A DNA stretch of 64,000 nucleotides from Sminthopsis crassicaudata (Eukaryota): the NCBI RefSeq assembly GCF_048593235.1, contig NC_133619.1, forward strand, positions 79,684,454-79,748,453. The letters run 5' to 3'. Under the pieces are notes generated by a model. It was not told the DNA's origin, did no database searches, and worked only from the letters and a program-made list of their open reading frames with translations. Made by a program: the position numbers and the translations under genes. Position 1 is the stretch's first letter. Every line of letters starts with the position of its first letter. Of the stretch, positions 9,721 to 22,564 are shown in pieces.

Positions 9721-12029
9721 ACAATACTAATACCAATAATAAAATGCATGTATCACTATAAAAAATAGGGTTCTTCTTGGTCTCAAAAACCCTGGATTGA
9801 AAGTAAGCCAGAAGAAAAAAAAAAAAAAAAGAATAATTTGAAATGAGCTCCTCTGCACGAAGATTTCTAAGTGCTTTTTCTAAAGTTTTGTATAAAGAAA
9901 AGGTTAGAGAGAGGGAAACTATCTAAGAAATTCTACCCCAACTGCTTAGTTTTAGGACAGTGGGTGAGAGACTCAGACTCAAATCATAAAATATGATAAT
10001 TTCTCTAGGTCTTTGAATAAATAGGAATTTTGTAGTCTTTATGACCCTCTCTTGTCTCCAACCCCCATATGCAAAAACCCAACTCTCCCCTCCACTGGGA
10101 ATTCCCAAATCTATATATCAATGGCAATCCTATAATCCCACATAATTGTATTAGTCTCAATAGCAGATTAGCTCTAAGTGCCCCTACAGAAAGGGAGCTG
10201 TCAGCTCTGCTATTGTCTACCACTTAATGAGATTCCAGGCAGCTCAGTAGAATAGCAGCTGAGAGCCCTCTGTCTCCCGTTACAGTCCACAGTTTCTAAA
10301 CCAATTAAGGAAAAGGGATTTACAGTCAGCTGGATTAGGGCCTCTATATTATTCCATATTTCTTTATGTAATGTTTCCTATTTTCATTTCTCTTTACAAT
10401 AATTTATCCTTCTCTGTTTCTGGGACCCTTCCTTTCATCTGCCCATGCATGTCCCTATTTGCCTCTCCAGAGTTTTATGTTTGATTTCAAGCATTGAATT
10501 GGGTAATTTTAGCTGATTGTTTTAACTGCATTTTAAAAAACAGGCTGAATTCTTCTTTGGAAGAGCTCAGAGAGGAAGGGGTTGAGGGTCTGGTTCTCAA
10601 ACATACTTTGAGGATAGGTTTACATTTCAGTGTCAGCAATCATTTCAAGTAATCCAATGAAAACATCCTGCAAGATACTATTCTGAGAATCGAGATTGGC
10701 ATTAGGGAAGCAGATTGGTCAGTTATCCCTTATTTTTCAGGAAGAAAGTGCTTAAGACAATTCCTGATCACACATTGAGAGGAAGGTGAAGTGAGGTTGT
10801 AGTGAATAGGGCAGTTGGAAAAAAGCAACCTCAATCTAGGTATGGAGCTCAGGATCTTAGCAAACAGGTGGCTGGCTATATATAAGACAGAGCCCGAGCC
10901 CTAAGCTTCCATTTTTCTTTGCTAATGAAGTTCATGCCAAAAGAAATCCAACTAATCTTCTATGTAGAAAAATGTACAATGTTCCCCTAGCAGGTGCTGC
11001 AACTGTGAACATGGTCTTTCCCGGTTTCTTTTCTGAACCAAATTGGTTTGGGGAAGTACTTTTACCCTTAATAGAGCTTTTCTATTGAATTCCATTTTTC
11101 AAAATTTATTTTAGTTTCAGCTGAATATTTAAATGGGTTTAAAATTTAAATATCTGGTGCTGAACAAACCCGTATGTGTGTGTATGCATATAAATTACTG
11201 TAATATTATAGAGTTTCATTTTTAACCTGATACAATATGCATAATCCATTATATTACCATTACAAGAGCTGTATAGGCTCACATTCTACATTAGGGAGCA
11301 CCCTTGACCAGAAAAGCTAAACCATGGAGATGTCTTGGAAAATATTTTTTTTAATATATAACAGATACATTAGTAACAAAGCATGAAGATTGTTCTAAAA
11401 TTCAATCTATGGGCCATGATTATAGGAATTCCCATTCTAGTCATTAAACTTTTTTTTTAATTCACAAAAACCATTACATTCCAACTTTTGTCATGTCAAA
11501 TGGGAAAAATCACTTGTGGTGACTACTGAAACCACTCTTCTCATTTGATTTATTTATATAGTGCTTTATATTTAATACAGTATTATTCTATAAAACAAAG
11601 GGCAGGGTAGTGAACAGCCTGCTGAACTTAAAATCAGGAAGACTTGTGCTCAAATTCTCTCTCTGAAACTTAGCCTAAATGTCTTAGGTAAATTTTTTAT
11701 GCTCTTCAGTTAATATTCTAAAATTGCTTTTAAATTGCATTTGCATTGTTGATCTTCTTCAAAGGAAGAATAAATCAGAGGTTTTAAAAAATAAATAATT
11801 TTCTCTATGGTTTGGCAAGATTCAAATTAGAGGTTGTATATAAAATACTATGCAAACCTGAAAGTGCAGTATAATTTTCTATCCTTTGTCTATCATGATA
11901 GACTTCTCCAAGGCCATACATGTAGAGTAGTGGTAGAGTTGGAATTCAAATTCCTATCTTTTGATACCTTCCTGGTATTCTCCCTGTTATTTTGTAATGC
12001 CAGTCTCATATCTTGATGGGACCTCCAAA

Positions 12030-12549
12030 TGTAATGCCAGAGAAACTGAGGCAAGATAGGGATCAAAGAGTTTTTAATATTTTATTTGAATTTCTGAGAG
12101 GGAGAGATTGTCTGGGGGCAGAGCCCAATCCAATTTGCCCCAGGGCCAAATTGGACTTTTGTCTCAGAAAATTCAGCATTGAATGTGAGATTCCAATGAT
12201 TTTTATAGGGTTCTAGTGATCAGGGGAGCAAAGGCAAAGGGTGGAGACTGAACATTGGTGAGTGACAATTTCCAGGAAGGGACCATTAATCTGGTTCTCA
12301 CAGATTGGGGGTAGAACATAAATTCTGATAAATTGGGAGTGAAGGAAATAGCTAGCTAGAGACAGGAAGTTGGGAGAAATAGAGATGCCAATTAGGTATC
12401 TGAGAATAGGACATCTGGAGTTTCATGACTCTTTTGGAATGCCAGAGTGGCCAGATCTCCACAGCCCTAATTATCTCAGCCCTAATGAACAGGAAAGTGG
12501 GGTTGCAACCAGGGGGACTGAGGCAGAACAATAAAAGGAAACTGTGACA
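12030..12549 (-). mobile_element. Solo LTR, ERV-like (~520 bp)
   Basis: TG..CA termini (tgtaatgccagagaaactgaggc..actgtgaca); flanks caaa/caac; left end similar to the LTR at 5678. Confidence 0.7.
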
Positions 12550-12649
12550 CAACAATTTAATCTTTCTCAGAGATAAAGTTGTAGGATTTAATTGATTTTA
12601 TGCATTGTTTGATTCTTAAATGGCTTTTCTGTCAACAAATTCAAACAAC

Positions 12650-13370
12650 AAATGAACTACTGAACATAATGTACTATGCTAAGTGCCTCTGAGGGACAGG
12701 AGGACATATGAGACATGGTATCTCCCCTGAGGATATCATAATTCAGTCTGGAAGACAAGATCCAAAACTTATGGAGAGTTAAATATCAACTAAAAGTCTA
12801 AAGAACAGACAGAAGAAGGCATGTAACAAGGCAGTCCAATGCCTGACCCACAGTTAAACAAAGGAGGACACAGTTAAATGATATACAGCTTTGGAGGCTG
12901 GAGAGAGAGCTCTGTAAACTGGATTGATCAGATATGTTCTGTGGAGAGGATAGAGCTTGAGTAGGCATTAAAGGAAATGTAGAAGGAATGAGGAAGGGAG
13001 AGTTCTAGCACAGGAAGGAGAGTTAATAGATCACCAGTTTAGAATTAGAATGACTTTTAGTGTCCAAGTAATCCAATTACCTCTCTTTACAGATAAGGAA
13101 ACTGAGGCTTATAAAGGTCAAGAAGCATTGAGGTGGTACAGAGTTGGGACTTGGGGGTTCAGGAAGACCTGGATTTTAGCCCTGCTTTAAACACTTATTA
13201 GCTATGTGACCCCTAGGCAATATCTCTTTGAGCCTCATTATCCTCATCTGTAAAGTGGGGATAATAGTAGCATTTACCATTTCAGGTTGTTGTGAAGATC
13301 CAATAAGCTAAAATATGTAAAGTGTTTCAGATGCCTTGAAGTGCTTTATAAATTGTAAGCTATTATTAAG
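12650..13370. mobile_element. L2 fragment (minus, ~12650-13030) followed by MIR3/MIR SINEs
   Basis: Reverse L2 tail (actatgctaagtgcc..); ttacagataaggaaactgagg; plus-strand MIR with ttcctcatctgtaaagtgggg-like CORE. Confidence 0.6.
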
Positions 13371-13692
13371 TGACTTGCCCAAAGCCACACGGGTGGTAAA
13401 TTGCTTATTTTTCTATGAAAAGGAGAGTGGGTCCAGATATTGGATAAAGTGTGTACTTTCTGTGAAATTGTCTCTAAAGATTGCAAGAATCCTCTGTAAG
13501 TAGAACAAGAGAACCAGATGTGACTTTTTTACCCTTTCACAATATTTAAACTGAAGACTCTAGTGCACATTAACAGAGCTTTATAGAAGCAAGCCCTGAT
13601 CCATCCATCCAGCACAAAATCTACACTCACAATTCATTCGCTAAGCTTATAAGGTTCTCAGGCTATAGCAAATTGGAGAAATTGATGTTTAC

Positions 13693-13812
13693 CCTGAAAG
13701 CTTGTACCATACGCAATCTGTAGTTGCCATTGCCTTGGTACATGTCTGCCAGCGTGCCCAGACTTAAATCCCTCCGTGATAACCTCTGAAGGTGGAGGCT
13801 TCCCTCTCCTTG
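13693..13812 (-). other. Candidate 120-nt internal exon of the minus-strand gene (unverified)
   Basis: Acceptor ttttgccttctag| at 13812 and donor AGG|GTAAAC at 13693 (alternative ATT|GTGAGT at 13631); two of three frames open; 3 CpGs retained in a CpG-poor background; not repeat-like. Confidence 0.4.
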
Positions 13813-14934
13813 CTAGAAGGCAAAATCAATCCAATTCAGAAATAAGTGAGAGGGAGATGGGTGCTGGGGAGACAGTTTTGGGAATACCTATAGCATTTGT
13901 GGCAGCTATAAACTTTAACATATTCTGGGCACAGTTTGAAGAAAGGGACAATGCTAAATAGCAACTATTTCTAGCCTTTTCCTGTGCTGCCATTTCTAAA
14001 GTGTTTCTGGTCAATGTTAGAGAAATGCAATTTCTGGGAAATGAGACTGATTACCTTGGCAAGAAGAAAAGAGCTGAAGTAAGTGAATTTCTGACAAATG
14101 CAAAAAGCTTTCTTCCTGTGTGCACACACAAAAGAGAGCACAATTCTGGGTGCAGAAGACTTCTATCTTCTTTGTATATTCACACAAGTTCAAACATACC
14201 ATACATACAAACATATGTACACACACTATTGTGCCTGGAGAGATGGTATTGATTAATGCCCCAGAGAGTCTGGAAGCTTTGAGCTTCCTAATGTGCTTTC
14301 TTGTACTTACTGCATGTGTTTAACTGACTGTAAAAGTTCTCCAGGATGGCGTGAGACATTTTGATGTATGTAAATGATGTTCATACTTTGGATCTAATCA
14401 TTATTATAAAATTTATAGAGGATAAAACACAGGCAACCATAAAAATAGAATTTTTACTTTGATCATGCAGGAGTTATAGTTCTCACTGTGATTAATCTTT
14501 TATAGGTTTTAGAGCTCATTGCCAATGTAGAATCTTCATAGGCTTCAAAGTTTAGTACAAATCACCTCAACCTGTCCAGGAGTAAGCAAAAGCCCATCTA
14601 GTATAATCATATTTTTATTATTATTAACTAGCTACCCCTTTCTCTCTCCTTCCTCTCCCTCTGGCCACATAGGGAATCATACCCTTATCAGCAGGTCTCT
14701 GCCCAAAGGAATATAAATTTTGATTGCTGAAATCTGTAAGATATCTTGGGTTTACAGGTTAGATTTCTTTTTAAGAACTGTGCCTTAAATCCAAATCACT
14801 CTGACTTTCATTGATTGGCCAACAATAGATCCCAGTCCAAGCCTCATTTGGCCATTATTTGAACTCTGATGGTTCAGAGTGAGTATAAATAACAATCGTT
14901 TCTGTTTGGGCCAGAAACTCTGAAGAGTCTTCCC

Positions 14935-15255
14935 CTTCCAGACTGACTTTTTCTGACTAGATAAAATGGGTCATTCTTTGCCTTATTTCTTACCTGGTCT
15001 TAATTACTGAATGGTTATTGCCCTAGACAAATTGAGACCTGGGAAAGGCCTTAGTTTAAAAAGGCAAAGGTCTTCCACTGCATCCTGGACCACCTACAAT
15101 CCTTCTAATCTATATCTTGCCTTTGGACCCAGATAGCTCAAGAGGAAAGATTGAGGGTGGTAACTTTACACAGCCCTTCCTTCACTTCAATCCAACTCAC
15201 TTGCAAATCATGACATCACTTTCCTTTTGGAGAAGGACAAACAACAACAAAAACA
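14935..15255 (-). mobile_element. RTE-related marsupial SINE (WALLSI/RTESINE-like; family name uncertain)
   Basis: Reverse complement reads gttgtttgtccttctccaaaag..gtgatgtcatgatttgcaagtgagttggattgaagtg..ccaggatgcagtggaagacc..cccaggtctcaatttg. Confidence 0.65.
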
Positions 15256-16027
15256 ATAAGCTAGCTGAAAGACATTCAGGTAAGCACAAGAATTTAACCA
15301 GCAGGTGGTATTGATAGCCACTCATCAGATTCTACTTAGCTTTAAAGCTCTGGGGTGCTGGAAAACCCTGAGTTTTACCTGTTCACTTTTATATGAAATG
15401 CTGATAGAAGTGCTGAGAAAGTGTTATGTTCTCTGTAGTTCAGTAGGCAGTCAGTAACCTGCCCTTTTATTCATCACTCTTTATGGGGCAGGAAAGACAA
15501 AGTCAAGGGATATGTGCATTCGTGGATTTAGCCAATAAAAAGCTAGCTCTCAAGCTCTTAGCAACTGCTGGAACCTTCCTCCTTTTAAAATATGCTATAT
15601 TTCCATGAGTTCTGATAAGGAGATTTTAACATAATGAGGTCCACTTTCCACAAAAACAGATAAATTTGTTTTGATACTGCATACGGTTGTTTTTACTCTT
15701 GGCATAGAATCATTAAGAATATAACTAGGATTCAATAACAAAAAGCCAATGCATGATAATCAAACATTTATCAAGTGAATGCCAGCCTACCACTATTCTA
15801 GACCCCAGAGATTTGCCAGACACAGGACTGATCCAAATCTCTGAGTTCTAGGAAATGGACAGTGTGTGTCCAAGGGTATGCAAATAACAGTTTACACAGG
15901 AGGTTTGACTCGGCCATCCAGTGAAGCCAATCATAAGAGCTACAGAAATTCCAATCAAAATCTTGACTCAACCCAGTTGTGGAGCTTGGGATTTGGTGTG
16001 ACTTGGAACCTATAAGATGGTGCTTAC

Positions 16028-16087
16028 CCAGGTATCAGCTGCTTGGTTGCTGGCAAATTCCAAACATCTCTGGGCTTCTCTCACCAT
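16028..16087 (-). other. Candidate alternative first coding exon, MVREAQRCLEFASNQAADTW (unverified)
   Basis: GTA-ATG-G Kozak context, 20 open codons, then TGG|GTAAGC donor in phase 0. Confidence 0.3.
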
Positions 16088-16559
16088 TACAGAGCAGGGA
16101 GTAAACTAAGGAACTGCATCACTATGGTCCCCTACCTACATCTTCCTGATTTCCTCAGTTCTAACACCAAATCCCTAACAACATCATGAAGTGGCAAAGT
16201 AAGAGCTGCTAAAGACCAAGGAAGTGTTGCAAGAACTTTTACAGGATGCAGATATGAAATGGAGGCAGCTCAACATAATGGAAAGATCATTGAAGGGGAA
16301 GGTCCTCTCACTGTCTGTGAGACTTTAGGTCTTTTAACTTGTGTACACTTCAATTTTCTCACTCGTAAAATGAATGGGTGAAAATATATTAGATCATTAA
16401 TATCCCTTCTCCCATGATATTCAACAATGTGGTGATTGTATGAAATATTTCATGTATTTTAAATTTTATTTAATACATTTATATGTTAAGAAAACCTAAT
16501 ATATTAAAGAGATTATATGATACAAAATGTAGCACAAAATATAGCACATTGAACTTTCC

Positions 16560-16790
16560 TGGAGAAGGAGGGAGATGGAAAGGAAAAGAAAAGGTCAAGA
16601 AAGGTAAGGAGGACAGGAAAAGGAAGGAGGAAAAAAGGGGGAGGAAGAAGGTGAACAGAGACAAAGAGACTCAGAAACAGATATAGAGGCAACAAGTAAG
16701 ACAGAGACAAATATAGAAACAGAAAGAAGAGAAACAGACAGAGACAGAGAAGGGGAGAGGAGGGAGGAGATAGAGAAACAGAGGAAGCTT
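16560..16790. repeat. GA-rich low-complexity tract
   Basis: Directly visible purine-rich repeats. Confidence 0.85.
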
Positions 16791-17659
16791 TATATTTTGA
16801 GAAGAAGAAAACATGAGTTAATGTGGTTTGGTTATAGATTCATAGGAAAGAGACATGTCTCATGATCAAGGAACTTTAATTCCAAGTGAATGATGTTAAA
16901 ATAAAAGACACATTTGTTCTACTTTAACATAGCTACCCAATGTTTCAGCTTGTTGTATGGACAATACTATGATCTATGGCACATATAAGGTCCAGGAAAT
17001 GACCACCTGACTGTAGATTGGCCATTATTGGCCCACTTCTAACCCTCTCTCACATTAAAAAAAAATGAACTGATCATAAGTAATCCTGAATATGGCCATG
17101 TTGGTTTAATTCCTTTGGTGCCTGATAGATTCATCATTCATTCTAGTTATTTCTATTGGCAGACAATCTGAGCAATCAGTGTCAGGAAAAGAGTGTCAAA
17201 TATGAATGGATATATGCTTTGATGGAATATATTTTAATTGACCATATGATCATATAATTATATGTGCTTTGCATATAGTAAGTGCTTAATAAATGCTTTT
17301 TCATTTATTCATCCAATTTCAACATATGTAAAATGCAACTATTATTACCTTACTTAGTTAATGCAACTACTTTGGGTAGAATGAAATAGTAGATAAACGA
17401 TAGTAATAATCCTAGCAGTTTCCCACTTAGATGTGCCACCTAGATGACTTTAAAGGTGACTTTTAGCTCTAATATTCTACAATTCTGGCTTTATAATTCT
17501 ATTATTATGGTTATTGTCTTCTCAGTAATACTGCAAGCTTCATGATCACAGGGTTTATGACATTTCTCAGTATCCATTACAGCACTAAATATACAATATT
17601 TAGATATCATTTAATTATCTATACTTTTCTAATCAAATACATTTTGAGTAGGAATCATG

Positions 17660-17940
17660 TTTAGAGCAGCTTGATGGCACAGTGAATGGAGGACTAGGAC
17701 TGTTCCTGAACTCAGCACTGACCTGTTGTCAAAGTCAGCTTCAGATAGTATCTGTGGGATCTTGGGCATATCACTTCACTCATATTTTCCCCAGTTTCCA
17801 CACCTGTAAAAATGAAATAATAGCACCTGCTTCCCAGGGATGTGATTATCAGGTGAAAAAATATTTATAAAGTGTATAGCATGATACATGGCACATAGTA
17901 GATACTACATAAATGCCAGATATTATAATTTTCATTATTG
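17660..17940 (+). mobile_element. MIR SINE, near full length
   Basis: tRNA-like head (gcagcttgatggcacagtgaatggag), CORE (cacctgtaaaaatg), tail (ataaatgcc..ttatt). Confidence 0.75.
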
Positions 17941-17949
17941 TCTTAAATG

Positions 17950-19170
17950 TTTGAATATTTGAATCATTGAATTTAGGATTAGAATGGATTTTAGAAATTG
18001 TTCAATTCTTCCTTCTATTGTGAACAGGAATTCTTTTATTTTTTACAACTTCTCCAAAGAACTATCAAGCCTCTTCTTGAACACCTATTTTCTATTATGA
18101 GGGTATTCACCTCCCTGAGGCAGCTTATTCCATTTGGGGGCATCTCTGAGTTCTTTTAAAAAGGGCATTCTTAGATTAATACCAAATCTTATATACTTCC
18201 TATTCACTAGTTATAGCTCTGGAGCTAGAATTAACCCAATCTTTTTTCAGAGAAGAATATTTTAAGATGACTATCATGTCTCTTTTAAGTTTCCTTTTTT
18301 CCAAGTTAATTGTTCTTTGGTTCTTTCAATTTTTGTTTTGTTTTGAGCCTCATATCATCCTCCTCCTCATCCTCCTTTGAATATGCTCCAGTATGTCAGT
18401 GTCCTACACAAATGCAAAAGTGAAATAGTTCCTCCCCTTAAATAATTTATATTTCAACAGAAGGAGACAGCATACTTTTGTACCATTGAAGGGAATTTTG
18501 ATCTGAAAATCATTGGGATAGTAAATTGATCCATAGGAGAGTCAACTGATAGTCTCTTTTCAGAGAATGATTAGATTGCTATGCTCAGAGTGGGAGATGG
18601 AAAATCAAGGATCAGATAGTTCATGCAAAGGTGACAGAGCAGATGGTCCAGGTGGACAGCTAGCTGACTTGGTCTGAGGTGACTAGAGGGACATTAATTC
18701 ATTAATCAGCCTTCTGGACATTGAATCAGCTATGAATTATCTTAACTCTGCTGTCATCCATCCAATATTTATCCATTTATTCCACAAAGACATCATGAGA
18801 AACTTAAGTATCTCAGTACAATCCCACTACAATGCAATTTAACAATGTCTAAAATAGGTCCTCGATTGACCTTATTAAAACATTTAGGAAAAATGGAAGA
18901 TTGCTTCCCTATGTCAGTGCTCACAAAACATCATTTAACTAATCCATAATCCATTCTAGAATTTGGCCAGGGAATGACACTAAGCTTGCCAGACAAATAT
19001 GCTGAATCCATCTTTCTCTCCATTTTTGAAAATCAGAACAAATTGTCTCCTTTCTTCTGGCACTTCTCCCATTCTCCATGGTTCCTCAAAGACTATTGGC
19101 ATGATTCATCCATCCCATCTGCAAGTTTTTCAATGCCCTCAAATGTATATTTTGGCCAAGAGAGCTGAAG
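17950..19170 (-). mobile_element. CR1/L3 LINE, fragmented
   Basis: Reverse L3 3' end (caagcctcttcttgaacacc; gaggcagcttattccattt) and RT-region-like sequence (cattctagaatttggccagggaat..). Confidence 0.6.
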
Positions 19171-19799
19171 TCATTTAAATCAATCTGGTGTCAAATTCAA
19201 TTCAATTCAATAAGCTTTATTAAACACCTACTATGTGCCAGGCACATTAGATGCCAGGGAAGCAAAAAAAAAAAATGAATCAGCCTGTCCTTAGATGGTT
19301 TGCAAACTATAGGAAATAATATTTCCTAATCTACTTTGGACTTCACAACGCTTCTACTTATCCTGTCAATTTTAGCTTGAAGAGCTAGCACCTTAATATA
19401 GAAGGCAAAAAATAAGATAGGAGATCTCTGACTAGATCATTGAACACTTGAACTTTAAGAGATCACTTAATTTAGTCCCTTCATTCTAAAGGAAGAGACT
19501 GTCTTTCATCCAGAGAAAGATTGTCTTTCAACAATCTACTAATTTATGATATCTATACACATATACATATCTATTTCTTTTTTGTCTTACACTGATCATT
19601 TCAAAAATAAATTTACACACATTATGGTTGTGGAGACAAAAATCCTAGGTTCCAGTGCCAATTTCATTGTCTGGGTCAAGTTCCAGCTGCATGATCTGGA
19701 ACAAATCACTTCATTTTTCTGATTCTTGGTTCCCCAATTGTAAAATGGAGATGATAAAAAGGTCGTATTCTGCCTGATCTCTCTACATCCCTTCCTATC

Positions 19800-20870
19800 A
19801 ACTTTCTTTTCCACCTGTATTCCCTCTCCTCCCTTGATTCTATAGTATTGCACTCACTTTGTTCTTTTTTGACCTTTGACTGTTTTGACTATTACTTTTA
19901 CTCTTGCTTCTTAGTTTCCTTTGCTAGATCGTCATTTTTTTTTCTCTCCCTCTAAGGATGAATATCTCTAAATGCACTGGTTAGATCCAGTCCTCTATTC
20001 TTCTGATATCTTGTTGATGTCATCAGCTCCTATGGATTCAATTACTTATTTTATTTATTTATTTATTTATTTATTTGTTTATTTATTTTTGCTGAGGTAA
20101 TTGGGATTACCTTGCCCAGGGTCACACATCCAGGAAGTGTTAAGTGTCTGAGGTCACATTTGAACTCAGGTCCTCCTGACTTCAGGGTTGGTGCTCTATG
20201 CACTACACCAACTAGCTGCCCCTTTTCTTTTTTTATGTATTTTAAATGTATTAGATATCTTTTGCTTTTACTTCACTTTCATTGCCAAGTATATCCTTCT
20301 CTGACCCTGATCTAAAGAGCCATTTGAAACAAAGAATAAAAGGCAATTACTACATTAACCATATCTCAAAATATACATAATATTTTATACCAATAGTCTT
20401 CCATTTCTGCAAAGGGAGAAAAATTTCTTAATCTTATCTCTTCTTTGAGACTACATTTGGTCACTCCAATCAATTATCCCACAAACAGCAATGATTCCCA
20501 TATCTTTGTATTCAACTTTTATCTCTCAATCTGAACTCTTTTCATTACCAGCTTTCTGTACATCTCCACCAGGATGACTAATAACCACCAAATATCCAAA
20601 ATGGAACTCAGATTTTCCTTTATTAGACTGTGATCTCCTTGAGAGAAGCAATCCCCACTCCTTCTCTGTATCTTTAGCTCTTAGCACAGTACCTGACAAA
20701 CACTAGGAGGTACTTGTGAATGACTCCAAACCCATCCCTCTTTCAAAGTTCCCCTTTTCTGTTAATTTAACAGCATCCTTTCAGATACATAAATTCAAAA
20801 CTTCTGCATCACTTTCATTCCCTTTATCCCATCCTCCCTATATCCAATTAGTTGCCAAGTCTTGAAGGAA
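19800..20870 (+). mobile_element. L2 LINE fragment interrupted by a SINE and an L1 piece
   Basis: Degenerate pyrimidine-rich L2 body (gatgtcatcagctcc..tggattcaatta; tccaaaatggaactc). Confidence 0.55.
20042..20222 (-). mobile_element. WSINE1-type short marsupial SINE with (TTTA)n tail
   Basis: Reverse reads ggggcagctagttggtgtagtgcatagagcaccaaccctgaagtcaggaggacctgagttcaaatg..ctgggcaagg..cccaattacctcagcaaaaaataaat. Confidence 0.85.
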
Positions 20871-21721
20871 ATTACCATCCAGGCAAAAAAGAACTTGTCA
20901 GATATTCTGCTTTTAAGGAAATGAGAATTCCAGTAGATGTCTGTCCACTTGAAAGAATTCTGTTTATGTTATATCTTGCCCTTGTGCCAATTTTTTTTAA
21001 TCTGCATTAAGGAACCATCACCCAGGGACAAACAGAATATTGCAATTTGGGTGACTAAATGCATCTTTTCAGAGGAAGGAAAAGTAAAAGAAGAAAGTGT
21101 AGTAACATTAAAAAAAAGTTACATGTTTTCAGTGATTTTCCTTTTAAAGTTCATTTATTTTTGTAAAAAAAAGAAAGGAAGGAAGAAAGAAAGGAAAAAA
21201 AATACTCTAATTTTAGCTTTTCTGTTTTATTTAAATTTGTGAAAAAATTCAATTGGGTTTGAGTCCATTTTAGTATTTTTTGATTTTGATGTTTTTATTG
21301 TCTTAATTTCAATTTGTTTTCTCTTTGATTCTTTTATTGTTTGGGGGCTCGAAATTGTTCAGTTCATTTCAATAAGCAATTTATAAGGACTAACTATAAG
21401 ATGTGGATTGTCCTGGGTATTGGAAATCTGAAGACCATTATGAAACAATCCTTCCCCTCCAGGAGCTTACATTCTCCTGGAATCTTTTTTTAAAGCACTT
21501 TTTAAATCCATTATTTGAATTTGAACTCCACAACACATGCTATAAGAACTCGAGATTTTACACTCCTCAGTTTACAGATAAGGAAACCAAGACAGAAGGA
21601 AGTGATTTGTCCACAGTCATACAGTTAGATTGTATCAGGGGCAGAACTAAAATCTAGAACTTCCTGATTTCAATTCCTGCTATATTATAGAAAGATTTGA
21701 GCTTTCAGTCCTATCCCTACA

Positions 21722-21722
<1 letters not shown>

Positions 21723-21780
<58 letters not shown>
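21723..21780. repeat. (CA)29 microsatellite
   Basis: Perfect dinucleotide run. Confidence 0.98.
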
Positions 21781-21783
<3 letters not shown>

Positions 21784-22119
21784 TATTGAAAAAACTCATT
21801 CATTCATATTTTTTTCCTTCAGTGAAGTTTTAGGCTGAGTGGGATTTGTACCCTCTGTTTATAGCTTTGATACTTCTCAGTTACTCTGACATTTCTCTTT
21901 GTGGAACAGCACAGAGGCCGTAGGCAAAAAAATAACCAAGAGAGATTGTCAGGAGACCTGTGGGTTATAGGAAAAATAGATCACAGTCAAAGTTGGAGAA
22001 GTGGTTTCTAGAAATCCCAGAGAATGGGGTTGGGTAGAGAAGAGATTTGGAGCTGGGATTAGGACAGATATACTGAAATATCAGAATAAAGCAGATAGTG
22101 AGTGACGATAATTCAGTAC

Positions 22120-22560
22120 AGTTCAATCCAGCAAACATTTATTAAATACTACCTATGTGCAAAGTACCATGCAAGGCATTAGAGAAACAAAAATAAAAAA
22201 TAAAAGGTCCTTGCCCCTGGGAAATTTATATTCTATTAAGAAAAAACAATGTAAAAAAAAAAAAAAGAAAAAACAATGTAAAGACAGATAAGTAAATAAA
22301 AAAATATGAACAAATTAAATACAAAATATTTTGACAATAGGGGTGGGGCAGAAAAGGAAGTGGAAGGGAAGCCTTTTGTAAAAGTTGGCTCTTTAAGCTT
22401 TGAAGGGAATGAGTCATTCTAGATGATGAACATGAGGAAGAAATGCACATTAGACATGTGGGACAACCCATGGAAGGACACACCAAAATGGGAAGTGAAA
22501 TATGGGATACCAGAAATAACAGGTATACAATTGAACTGGAGAGCAGATTACAAGAAGGAG
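22120..22560 (-). mobile_element. L2 LINE 3' fragment
   Basis: ttcaatccagcaaacatttattaaatactacctatgtgc.. is the reverse L2 terminus. Confidence 0.7.
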
Positions 22561-22564
22561 AATG

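Noticed and set aside
10644-10656. 13-nt match TTCAAGTAATCCA to the 5' end of mature miR-26a
   Set aside because: The sequence diverges after 13 nt and no complementary arm follows, so there is no pre-miRNA hairpin.
13727-13750. MYQG peptide reminiscent of the PEX5L/TRIP8b N-terminus
   Set aside because: Only four residues match and the surrounding peptide and exon context do not; no gene symbol assigned.
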